The translations under genes were made by a program, and so were the position numbers. The notes below the pieces were generated by a model that made no database searches, was not told where the DNA came from, and was given only the letters and a program-made list of their open reading frames with translations. From contig NGBS01000918.1 in the NCBI GenBank assembly GCA_002245135.1, forward strand, positions 1 to 53,857: a stretch of 53,857 nt of DNA, written 5' to 3'. Every line of letters begins with the position of its first letter. Position 1 is the stretch's first letter. This stretch comes from Proteromonas lacertae (Eukaryota). Shown in pieces: positions 25,260-36,885 of this stretch.

Positions 25260-26218
25260 ATTAAATATTATGTTAAATATCAATCATACTTAACACAAGT
25301 TTTCTATAAATCCAAAAAAGGCTTAGCATTTTATGATAAAGTTCATTTAGGAGTAAAATAATATAATATATTTATAGGGATTAGGTAATTCAATGCTTCA
25401 AATAATTAGTTCTATATTTGTTTCATTATTATCGGGAAGATCATTATTCAGTATATTTTATATATATTATCTTTAGTTACTTATAAAAAATTATGGGGTT
25501 ATTTTGATATACCTATTGGGTTTTTTGCAGTTAACTTCACCAATGTAACTTTTTTTTTCACATGGTGTTATGGCATTAAAGTCTAAATATAAAATCATTG
25601 GAGCAAATAAACATTGGTATTCTACTGAACAAATTCTACTATATAAAAAGTACAATAAATTAATTATCAATAAAGGATTTTTAGATAATTTTAATTCTGA
25701 TATAGTAATTAATATAAGAGAAATAAATAGAAAGATTTGTAATGTATATTTTAAACCATCATCAGCATACAATCATATTATACGTGACAGGTTTAAATAT
25801 AGGTTCAATATATTAGTGGATAAAAAAATACATGGCAGTACATTTAAGAGTTGGCGATGCTGATAATAACCCATTAAAGAACTATCTTAATATAACAATT
25901 ATAAGATCAGTTATGCAATTATTAACTTCAAAAAGTATATACAAAATTATACTTCTCTCAGATTCTAACTCAATTAAAAAGCTAATAAAAACAGAGATAA
26001 CTAATAACATTTACACGGACTATTCATTACCATGCCATAGCAGAAACTCTAAGTGCTTAAATCAATCCTTAGAAGATATTATGATGATGAAAAATGCTCA
26101 ATCACTTTTATTGACTAGAGGAAGTACATTTTCATTATTTGGTTCTTATTTTTGTAAGTGTAAAAATGAGAATATAAATTTTGTTGGATATAATTATAAT
26201 CATAAAAATTATTACTAA
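25260..26218 (+). pseudogene. Divergently oriented O-fucosyltransferase-like paralog, frameshifted (5' end uncertain)
   Basis: GLGNSMLQ, AVHLRVGD, ILLSDS, STFSLFG. Introns 25353-25377 (25 nt) and 25451-25476 (26 nt, same position and phase as in the 24087 gene). Frameshifts at about the T9 run 25550-25558 and the A7 run 25822-25828. Confidence 0.7.
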
Positions 26219-26230
26219 TACAGTAATATG

Positions 26231-26978
26231 TTAGTCAATATAGAAACCTGACACATATTTACAAATAGCATTTTCAATTATAGATTTATTCTTTATACCT
26301 GTAACATATATATGTATATTTTGTTTAAATAGAAAATATAACTTATTGCGATATGAATAGAATATATTTGACGGAATTACTATTCCAAAGATAGTAGTAT
26401 TTTTTAATATGAAAGAAATAAAATTATCCAAATCATGCAATGTTTTTATGCTTAACAAAATATTTTTGAATCCTTTATTTCTGGACAAAAAGAAGTAGTA
26501 ATAAGATGGTACTTCAACATATAATCTATCAATTAATATACTATATTTCTTTAGTAATATATAGTTTGTAATTTTATCTGTCACAATAATAATGTCTTTT
26601 ATATTCAGATAATAGACTATAAATCATATAATCATAAATAGGATGATATTTATTTAGGATTTTAGAGTGTATTATATAATTAAAGTTGAAAACATTGCTG
26701 TTATTATAATTTGTATAATTCTTATACATACATAAATCATGACCTCCAACAATATGCTTGTTATTTGTAACAAATATATCTATTTCAATTAATCTAAATC
26801 CTCTGATGTAGGAATTTTTAAATGCTTCTAGACAGTTAGTGTATTTATGTGACTCAATCAATCCGCATCCATGAGCAATATTTCCGCAATTTTTAAATAA
26901 ATTAGTATTACTTAAGTGTTTAAAATCAAAGAATAATGTAAATGAAACAAAAATAATGTATATTAATATTATCTTCAT
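26231..26978 (-). pseudogene. Glycerophosphodiester phosphodiesterase (GDPD)-family protein, one frameshift
   Basis: IAHGCG...YTNCLEAF..SY..GFRLIEID...GHD. Removing one A at ~26597-26600 restores KDIIIVTDK and joins the two ORFs. Confidence 0.75.
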
Positions 26979-27237
26979 ATTATCACTTTAATTAAATTAT
27001 ATATCTTATTTCACAATTCAGTAGTGTTATTTGTTGTATACAAAATTTTAATTAATTGAATGATAATAATTTTCCCCTAAAAGATATAACTTTAATTCAT
27101 ATCTCTCTGAATATATGTTTAAGAAATAGAACTTCTATTGTATAGAAGAAAGAAGAATATGTTATGCAAAAAGATTCTTTCAAGTAAATTCAACAGTTTG
27201 AGTATAAGATCAGATTTTGATAAATACTATTCAATAA

Positions 27238-28676
27238 ATGAATTTAATATTTATTTCCTCTTCTTTAGTATTATTTATAATAGTATTATATAAGAATATT
27301 CAATTTTATAATAAAAGAATTTCATTCTTTAAAAAGAATAGTTTATGTACAAGTATGTTGGGATATACTAGATACATTAGTGAAAGGAATTTATGTGAAT
27401 TACCTTGTTACAAAAAGTCACATATAGAAATACCAAATAAAACGTATGGAACATGTTACTCTTCATTAAATGTTAATTACAGTATAAAAGGTAATTTTAT
27501 AAACTTTTCTGATAATGGGTATTTATTTTTTATAAATTATAACAAACCTAAAGGCTTTATTGATAAAATAATTAAAATACAAGTATATTTATAAAATAAT
27601 AATTAAACAGAGAAATCATAATATATTCCTTGAGACAGAAGTGATTGAATATAGGAGAATAAAGTCAAATAGAATTAATTTCTATTTTCTACACTTTATA
27701 CCTATTACTAAAAGTATAAAAAGAGAAGAAAGTTATTCCGTAATACTATATTTATTTGATGCAGCATCTAGATATGTATTTAGGAAACAAATGGCGCAAA
27801 CAATAAATACTTTAAAGAATGTAAGAAAAGAAAATAATATTTATGAAATGCTTAGATATCATTCAGTTGGACCTAGATCACACCACAATTATTTACCTTT
27901 ATTCTACGGAACTAATGATATTAAAGATAAACACAAAATTATATTTAAAGATTTCGAGGAGAAAGGATATATTTCGATTGCTTTACTTCAAGATTGTCAT
28001 AATCATACAAACATGTACGGGAATACATCATATAATGGATCTAATCATAATATTATATTAGGTTGCGAATTTGAATGGAAATTTTTATATGGTAGTAAAC
28101 CAAGATGTTTAGGTAATAAACAATACCATCAATTGTATCTAGATTATCTAACAGAATCAGTAACATATTATAATAATAAATCAAATCCATACATATCTTA
28201 CATATCTTTCATGGAGCCACATGAAGATAAACAAATATCGCTCTTAAGAGTAGATAAAGATTTTTCTGATCATTTGAAATATTTAAACAACAAAAGAATT
28301 TTAAAGAATACAATATTAATAATGTTAGGGGATCATGGAATAAATTATGGCAAATATTTTAGAACAGAAGTACTTTTTTATTTATATTAGTATAGTTTGG
28401 ATATATTGATAGATCACTTCCTTTTCTAAATGTAATTGTGCCCAAAAAATTGTGTAAAGATCATAAAAGATTATGTGATTCATTACATACTAATCAAAAT
28501 AGATTTGTAACAAATTATGAGGTGTATAATACACTTAAATCAATTTCAGGCAATATGGTATATTTGATAAATTCATTACATAGAAATCATTAAATAATTC
28601 ATTATTTAGCGAAATTCCAATAAATAATAGTTGTAATGAATACAAAATAAAATCAGCTATGTGTGAATGTATGTAA
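27238..28676 (+). CDS. DUF229 / alkaline-phosphatase-sulfatase superfamily membrane-anchored protein, 3 introns
   Basis: VILYLFDAASR, MEPHE, IMLGDHG, DRSLPFL, NQNRFVT, SLF.EIP..C. Introns 27583-27610 (28 nt), 28370-28395 (26 nt) and 28558-28583 (26 nt) give one continuous frame. Confidence 0.82.
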
Positions 28677-29017
28677 TTCCTATGAGCAAATAAAGACAAT
28701 AATTTTAAGTTTAAAAGGTAATTAACTGTATCTCGTTTAGTTGTGTAAGTATAAATAAAATAATTGACATTGAGTCATAGTCCTTATAAAGGAAATGACA
28801 AGATCCAGAAGCTGGATAAGCAAAGTACCAAGCTCAGATGGCTTATTAATGACTTACAATACAACCCAGACTTTAGTAACTTTGGTTATTCGATCTATAA
28901 CATTTCTGTAGAATATATTTCTTTCAATATTGTATATGTTAATGCATATTTATTGATATAATATGGAGTAAATCAATTTTCTAATGATGTTTTCAGTCTT
29001 ATTGGGTTATTTCCCTT

Positions 29018-29270
29018 TATTGTGCGCCTTTTGTCATAGTAGGCTGTTTGTCTACCAGACACTTAAAACAAACTAAATGTATATTCTTACTTGTCTTGAT
29101 GAAAAATTGTTGCTTTTATACTTACTTTGTTATATGACCTACCTCTGCAGTATACTTTTTTGATAATATAAAGGGTTTAAATATTTGTGCCATTTGTTTT
29201 CTAGAAATTTTTGAAGCAAATTAAATGCATATTTAGCTAATATAGACTAAAATTCATTAGCTGATTAGAA
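29018..29270 (+). mobile_element. Truncated second copy (left half) of the 16661-17149 MITE family
   Basis: About 250 bp closely matching 16661-16920, with the terminal TGT changed to TAT. Confidence 0.85.
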
Positions 29271-29590
29271 CAACTTAATGTTGATCATGGAGAACTGTTT
29301 GTTGTGTGAAGGAAAAACAATTACTTCATCATACTTTCTAAGTAATAATTTTGTAACAAGATCAACATAATACAAATAAGTTGTTTTTGGTATTTTAAAA
29401 AGCAGAGCCAATGTACTAACAGCGGAACGTTGAATCATATAGCTTAATCCACAAGCTTTACAGTAATTGTTGGTAATTTGATCCTTATATCTACCTCTGG
29501 AAATTACCAAATCATCATGTAAGAATTTACATATCTCTAAGTATGTACTAGCACTTATGTGTATAAGTCTTTTGAAATTCTCTAACGTAA
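29265..29590 (-). pseudogene. PIF/Harbinger-type transposase N-terminal fragment
   Basis: FKRLIHISASTYLEICKFL...LALLFKIPKTT...V..LL...IVFP resembles the HARBI1-like N-terminal region; truncated at the MITE copy. Confidence 0.5.
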
Positions 29591-30448
29591 CTTTTCCCTA
29601 ATCAATATGTTTTTATTTATATTTTCTTTATGGCTATAACGTAATAACAAGAGTAATCTAAACATAGAATTTTGACCATAAAAAAAATATAAAAGCATTG
29701 AAACGCATATATTTTAATCTTAGTTTTAGAAATATCTTGACCAAGAATAATATACTAAAATATAAAACGAATAAATTTATTGGATGAAATGGTATAACCA
29801 AGACATTTACATTAGATAATATCTTTATAAAGAATTTAGCAAGATTTGAAGATCAATATGATGAGATAGTTGGTGCCCAAGATGAAGTAAAGATTGAAAA
29901 TATGATATGAGAAAGAAAAGAAATTAAATGAAAAATACAAATAAAAAAATGAAAGTGGAATAGTGTTGATAATAGTTTTAGAAGAATTATAGTAAAATAA
30001 GATGATAATTATTCTTTCTTCTTCTAGAAATATTATTACCAAATTGATGAAAAATACATTTTCAATAATCAGAATTTATATAAATAAAAAGAATTATGGT
30101 AAATTGTATTGAATGATTACTATAATAATACAACACATATAACAATTGTAATGAATGATTGGTATAATTTAAAATAGTCAAAAGAAAAGAAAAAAGAAGA
30201 TATATTTTTATAAATATTGTTAAACTTACGTCTTAAATAATGAATCATTATTTTTTTTTGGGGGGGGGTAAGAGTATTATAAAATAACACAGTAAAATAT
30301 CTATAAAAGCTATTCTATTACTATAATTTCTATAAATATATATCATTCTATCTATTCCTATTATAATCTCTATCATAGGTCTGACATTCTAAATCTAGAA
30401 GGCGTCATAAAGAGAGATCATAAAACTCTTTATTATGAGAAGATAAAG

Positions 30449-33399
30449 GTGTTACTGGCAAAAAATGACCAACCAGAGAAGATGGTACAGCCGAAGGGAA
30501 AGAACAATAAAAAGACTCGTGATTGTGCAGCTTTTGATAAGAATAAGTACAAGTTCTTTCATGATTTAGCTGGAACTTCAGCCAATAGAGGCTATTACAC
30601 TTGCGATGAATCTACAAGTAAACTGTATTTTAAAGGAAGAGAAGTCATTAAATTGGAAGATTCATTCGACTTCTTAGACAAGTTACATAGAGATAATGCC
30701 CATTGTAAAGAATCATCTTTAAGAGATGTAATTAATGATCCAGTTCATGGTTATTATGGTATTAACAGAAAGATGATTAGAGCTTATTTGACAACCTGCT
30801 ATGATTGTATTAAACTTAAGGAGGCTAAAAGAGTACAACCAACACATCCTATTGTTGTTACAAGACCTAGAGAAAGAGTTTTGATTGATCTTGTAGAAAT
30901 GGACAATTGTAATGAAGATTACACGAACATAAAAGAAGAAGATCTCTACAATTATATCTTAACTGTCATCGACCATTACTCTAATTTTATCATGTTATAT
31001 GCCCAGAAACGCAAAACAGATAAAGAAACAGTGAAAAATGTACAATCTTCTATAAGAATCTTTGGTCCTCCTGAAATTATGCAGATGAATAATGGTAAAG
31101 AATTCAAAAATGCTTTAATGAAAGATATGCTTAGTAAATAGGGTATTAAAATTGCGCATAGCAACCCTAGACACCCACAGTGCAATGGTAAAGTGGAGAG
31201 ATATAATAGATTTATTAAAGAAAAGATAGCAGCTATGAAGGTTGATAATCCTGATGTTTATTGGACTGAATACTTGGAAAGAATAACAGAAATAATTAAT
31301 AATCATAGATGCAGAAGAACAAATTGCAAAGGAAGATCCTTATTCTTTATGGACATGAAAGAGTTGATGATTCAGAATAAGAAGTTTAAACCAGATTATA
31401 CTAATATAGAAGGTGATAATAATGATGGTAATGATGATAGTGATGGCAAAGAAGTTAAAGCAGACAGTGAATATGAAGAAGAAGAAGGTGTTAATGGCGT
31501 TAAATGGCAATAATGGTGGTTCTGATAATGTTATAGATGTAGATGAAGATGGTAATGATAGCGATAATAGTGATGATGGTGGTAATAGTGAAGTAACAAT
31601 AATGGAAGAAGAAGATTATAAAGAAAGAATCAAAAAAGATATAACACAAAATGGAAATATCATAGAACAGTTTCAAGATTATATAGACGAAAGAAACTTC
31701 AATTATAATAACAAAATGAGAGATGATTCCATTAAGAAATTAGGAAATAAACTAGTTAATCCTGAACATGGAGATGTGGTTATTACAGCTGTGAAAAGAA
31801 AGATGTGCCAAGATGAAAAGAGTCTAGCATTAGTTAAAGATGATAAAGTTAATAAAAAGCAATATTTAGTGTATATTATTAAATTATTACTATCTAATGA
31901 ATAGAAATGAAAACATGCAAATTCCATTAGTATCATCTACACCTTTAATAAAGCTTGAAGTTTCATCAGAATTATTAGAGAATATGAAGAAAACAGTAGA
32001 CAAAATACTAGTATATTTGATGATAATTTATATTAAATAGATTCATCCTAATCCTAAGAAAAAGGATATTAACACCTATGAAAAAAGACTTCAGCAAATT
32101 GTAATGAATCCAGAGAAGAATGCATTATATGATATATTTGGTATTAGAACTTCTGAAGAAGATATTAACGATCCATTAACTAATGATCAGTTGGAATTTG
32201 TTGAAAGATTTATAAAAAGTATTGGAAAAATTCAACTTGGATTAAATGAAATTCATTTCATATTGGAATTATGCAATTTAAATCAACATTATTACGTATG
32301 TAAAGATAAACAAATGATAATGAATAAAGAGATGGAAGCATTTATAATTAGAGCTAAAGATAGTAACAATTATTACACTGTTATCATTCATCATAATAAT
32401 AAAACAATCGAAGTTATAGATTTATTTGGTGAAGATGATTATGCAGAAGGTATTTGTCAAGACCAATGTTAATACTAACTTTCCTGAAGCAACAGAAATA
32501 TTGGCTGCTGTAATGCTAATGATAAAGATGTCTGAAGATCATCCATATATAAGCGATGTTGATATTATTCTCATGATTGATCTATTCAAAACCTATATAC
32601 ACCTTTTGATAGAGCGTAATTCAATGACTTTAAAATATGCATGTAAAATGGTAAATAGAAAAGATACTAGTGTTGCATCAATTTCATATGATGATCACAC
32701 TCATGATAGTTTGTTGTTTGTAAAGAAAATTAAAGGATATAATGATATTGGTCATGTAAGATTCTATGGACAACATCAACAACCGAAATATGAAGCAAAT
32801 TGTAAAGAATTGGTGAGTCATTTAAATATTAACAATCAACTAAAAGGCGATGAATTCCTGTTTTTATTACATTATATTTCCAACAACAATAAGAATGTTA
32901 TTGATCCTGGTGTTGTATTTTTAAATGAAAAGCAAAAGGATAATAAAAAAAGATAAGTGAAAAAGGAATTTATTATTTTCCAGTATGTGATCCAAATCAA
33001 AGTCATAGGAGTTTATGGGAAGTAGATTATGTTCCTAATGACTATATGATGTTTAGAATATATGACAGTTTAGCAATTTATATGAACAAAGAACCAAGAA
33101 ATATAGTAATAAAGAATATTAAACAACTCTTTCATTCTCGCAACCGTGAATTAGAATCATATGAAATAGTAGATACAAAAGTTCATCAAACAGATGCTGC
33201 AACTTGTGGATATTTTTGTTTATTCTTTCTTGGTGCAAGATTGAATAATATGGAAATAACAAAGATTCAAAATATAGTAAGTTTTAATATAGAATACTTC
33301 ATTGATGATTTAATTGAAGGTATAGAAAGTTTAAATAACGAAGAAAAAGCGAAACTGTTTTACATTTACAACAAAAAATACATTTATAGATTTAAATAA
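30449..33399 (+). pseudogene. Ginger-like DDE integrase (H2C2 + rve) with downstream Ulp1/C48-like cysteine protease, decayed
   Basis: LH...AH...CYDC; RERVLIDL; IDHYS; QMNNGKEF (catalytic D appears as N); K*GIK..SNPRHPQCNGKVER (TAG at the conserved W). Downstream IIFPV..SH, IYDSL, QTDAATCGYF. Several frameshifts and short intron-like segments. Confidence 0.75.
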
Positions 33400-33584
33400 T
33401 TTCATTTTCTTTAAAAATTCCAAAAAGTATCTTTACATAATTATAATTTGTTTGCTAGGTACACACTTCCACATAACATAAAAACCAATTCTGGAAAAAG
33501 ATTTGAGTTGAATGTTGTTTCAACTTATTTTCTGATTTCAATTTTGTTATATTTGTTAATAATATATTATGATTATCTCATATA

Positions 33585-34745
33585 CAGGGTTGTATAAATA
33601 GGTAACCTATAGGTTATAGGTAAAACCTATAATCTAGCTTTGACCGACGGTCGGTCAAACCTCGAGCATTATTTTGTTAAAATCTATTTTAATTACATAC
33701 TGAGTAACATTTGTTTAATACAAACTACCATACTATATAAATAATTATTCCTGCTTCCTGTTTTACTTTGATTACCATAGTTAGAATAAGATTGGTTGAA
33801 ATTGTATAAATATCTATACTAATATATTAAAATTCATCTACAAACTACTCAATAGTGATATTTAACATATTTATAAACAACTTGTTATTTTGATGATTAA
33901 TTTATATTGATTACTATCTCTAAAAAACAAATATTAATGTAATTATAATAATAAATCTCTATTTCTGGATATTAATGATTTGTCTTCAATAAGTCTCTTA
34001 CTTTCTCAGTTTCTGAAAATAAATAAGCATTATAAAACTCTCTTAGAGGTATAATATATCCTAGTTTGAAGCAAAACCTTCTAAATTCTGGTGAGTCTAA
34101 TATTGTGGTACTAACTGCATTGAAGGTTATTAATTTACATAGATCTTTGTTGGCAGAATCTGAATTGACTTTGGTTTTTACCATATGTAATAATCTGAAT
34201 ATTATATTTTAATCACGTTTTCCAAAACATTTTGAAGTAGTTAAAATGTTACTTCTCTAACATACAGCAATTGAATAAATGCACAACTCTATTGATGCGA
34301 TAGGGGGTAATGTGATATCCCTATAGTTTCATATATTATAAAGTCTTATAAATATTGAGTAATTATACATTTAAATGATCTAAATCTTAAAAAATAAAGA
34401 TAAACTTAGTCAAACCTTCAAGCTTGATGTTTTTTTCTTTTATTTTTTTTATTCTATAATTAATATAATATTATGTTAATAATATGTTATTGTGAGTCAT
34501 CATTGAGAAATAGATCAAAATAATAGTAATACAAAAAGTGCATCGACCGACTGTCAATTTTGATATTTGAAAGATGATGTATAAAACATTAATTTTGTAT
34601 CTATGGTTAGATTATATGCTTCTTAACTCATGTTCAATAGGAGGTCAACTAATAGTTAGTATAAGGAAGGTAAAGGTCAAGCTAAAGATATATGTTTTGA
34701 CCTATAGGTAAACCTATATTTTTTTGACCGAAAAATACAACACTG
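33585..34745 (-). mobile_element. Internally deleted non-autonomous hAT element (1161 bp), related to 14607-19333
   Basis: TIR CAGGGTTGTAT / ATACAACACTG (1 mismatch); exact 8 bp TSD CTCATATA at 33577-33584 and 34746-34753. The ORF 33972-34184 (STTILDSPEFRRFCFKLGY) is homologous to 16100-16492 (STTVLDSSSFRRFCSKLGY). Confidence 0.9.
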
Positions 34746-34769
34746 CTCATATATGAAATATGAGAAACC

Positions 34770-34837
34770 AAAAGTGTCTCCTAGACAAACGGCGTGAGAA
34801 GATTTAGAAATACGCCGTTTGTCTAGGAGACATTTTT
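34770..34837. repeat. Inverted repeat/hairpin made of MITE-TIR-like sequence
   Basis: Perfect 21 bp arms 34775-34795 and 34812-34832 (TGTCTCCTAGACAAACGGCGT) with a 16 nt loop; similar to the GCCGTTTGTC subrepeat of the MITE. Confidence 0.8.
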
Positions 34838-35294
34838 CACTTCTCAATTTTCTTCTGTGACTTATGTGTATCATTTCATAATCATTGATACTATTATATA
34901 AAACAGAAAACAACACATATAATATAATTTTGTATATTGAACAAAAGAAGATAAGTGTTAAAAATATATTGTAATTGGCTATATGCTCAAATGAATAATT
35001 ATTATAGAAGGTACTGAAATATTAAATATATTAATTTGTTGTAGCTTTGATAATACATATTAACTTTGAGTTGTAAACTAATATTTTATATTATTCATGT
35101 ACTTAATATGTATTACTATAATCATGTAACAACATTACCGCTCTCATCATGCAATTGCTTTTAAGACAAACTAATATCATTTTTTATCTTAGTTATAAAA
35201 AGTTATTAACAAATATATAGTTAGTTTGTCATATGTACATCTGCTATATACTTTTTTATGAACTTCATTATTCTCAATATTAAACTAATTTTTG

Positions 35295-35544
35295 TATATT
35301 TTCTATTTTAATGTATCAGTGACTACTACAGTCTAAATACATAATCTGATATGAATAGAATTCACTATTTTTAATGTTAAGGTAGAGAAAAATGAAAAAA
35401 GAAAAGATGAGCTCAAGCCTCGCTCAAGCCTACTTTTTAATTTCATTTTTAAATACGCTGTTATTAAATTTATTGTAAAATATTCATATCAGATAATGCA
35501 TTTTAGACTGTAGTAGTCACTGATACATTAAAATAGAAAATATA
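35295..35544. repeat. Foldback/MITE-like inverted repeat
   Basis: Perfect 43 bp arms (35295-35337, 35502-35544), extending imperfectly to ~63 bp. The spacer contains CTCAAGCCTCGCTCAAGCCT, which matches (one mismatch) the reverse complement of the MITE core at ~16969-16988. Confidence 0.8.
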
Positions 35545-35613
35545 AAAAAATGTGCTTATAAAATAAGTGTTTATATCAAAATATTGATTTTCGAACAAAT
35601 AAGGTAAGAAAAT

Positions 35614-35949
35614 TCAGGTTACAGTTACATAAAGCAAGTTGATTCCAGCAGCATTGTGTACTCTTAAGGAGGAGATATTGAAGGTGTTGTATAGGAGGAT
35701 CTTCTCAGCCTTCTTGTTATTGTCAGAATCCTTATATCCGATGATTAGACGATACTCTAAGTAACTCTTGCTAAGGTTAATGCAATTGTCGGTAGCTATC
35801 TCGAACATCACCTCTGCGGTTGATCCAGAAGTACCAGCATTGACCGAGGTGTTGCTCTGGGTAGGGTTGACTTTCACGGGTACGTAAAGTGAATCATAAC
35901 TCTCGGAGTAAGCTCCTTGTTGAACACTTGCTGGGATGAATGTTGTCAT
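35614..35949 (-). pseudogene. Major capsid protein N-terminal fragment
   Basis: EVMFEIATDNCINLSKSYLEY vs EEIRWEISGDNIINLAKSYIQF in the 51699 gene; SSLRVHNAAGINL vs ASFRICNQTGTDL. Confidence 0.65.
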
Positions 35950-36000
35950 TGCCTTTGGGTAATCTCCTAAGTAAAATTGAACTAGGAAAAGACTTATTAC

Positions 36001-36460
36001 TTAGATTAAGTTAAGGGTTTTCTTGAGCAGTGCCATTTGCTTCTCGCCCTGGATAGAGTTGAAGTTAGTTGCCTCCTTGAAGGACAGGTTCCTTCCGAGG
36101 ATATTGAATAGGAAGTAGATTGCAAAGTAACCACAAGTATCGGTGTTGACCTTCTGGTTCTTGATTCGATTGATCTTGAGTTGATACTTATCCTCAGGAT
36201 TACCTTTAAGGTGTTGTAGTTGCTGGATGAACCACGAGTAGTTCTTAGGGTTCTCTCCGAAGCTATCATAGTAGTAGATTTGCCTTCGATTATCATCCAC
36301 GACTAAGGCAACCCAATGCCCGATCGCATTCTAAGACTTGTAGTTGTAAGGGTATTGAGAATGCATCCCCATCTATTTGTTCCTAAGACTCGAAGGTCTT
36401 GCTTAAGTTAATCCCATAAGAAGACTCCAGCGAATTGTCAGGATAGTTGTACCATGGCTT
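36001..36460 (-). pseudogene. Adenain-like (C5) viral maturation cysteine protease, frameshifted
   Basis: Across frames: FAGVF..D, CILNT, GHWVAL, YYYDSFG, NQ..NTDTCGYF (His-Asp-Gln-Cys set). Confidence 0.85.
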
Positions 36461-36885
36461 TACAATCACCGAGGACTTCAAAGCTTCTGATTGCTGATAA
36501 AGCTTACTTAGAGTCGATAGAATGAACCTCCGGGGATCTATCTTGTACTGCTTAAGTTGATTATCCATCTCCTGAGTCTTTATCTCCCGGTGTTTTCTCT
36601 TGGACTTCCTTCTAGGATAGTTGTCAGGAGGATCTTCAAGGCACTTGTTCTTTCGATCGTAAGTTGCTTCTTCAATCTCCATTGAATGGAACTTGGAATT
36701 GACTCAATAGCGGAGGTTGTTGTTCTTTAGGAACTGCTCTATCTTCTTTTGATTCTCAAGAGCCTTCTTCTTACTGATACGTTTCTTCCTTGCTTGTTAT
36801 GTATTGATCTTCTCGGGAGTATTCATCAACTTGTCCTTTAAGTTCTTCAACCCATAGGAGATAAGCTTCTTGATGTTACTGAGTA

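Noticed and set aside
7775..31141. Alternative genetic code or stop readthrough suggested by in-frame stops at conserved positions (TGA 7775, TAA 15624, TAA 17682, TAG 31139)
   Set aside because: Different stops replace different residues, most of the same genes also have frameshifts, TGG is used normally for Trp, and intact genes end in TAA, TAG and TGA. Ordinary nonsense mutations explain it.
30449..31513. LTR retrotransposon
   Set aside because: No reverse transcriptase, RNase H, gag or LTR is visible; the integrase is the 5'-most domain.
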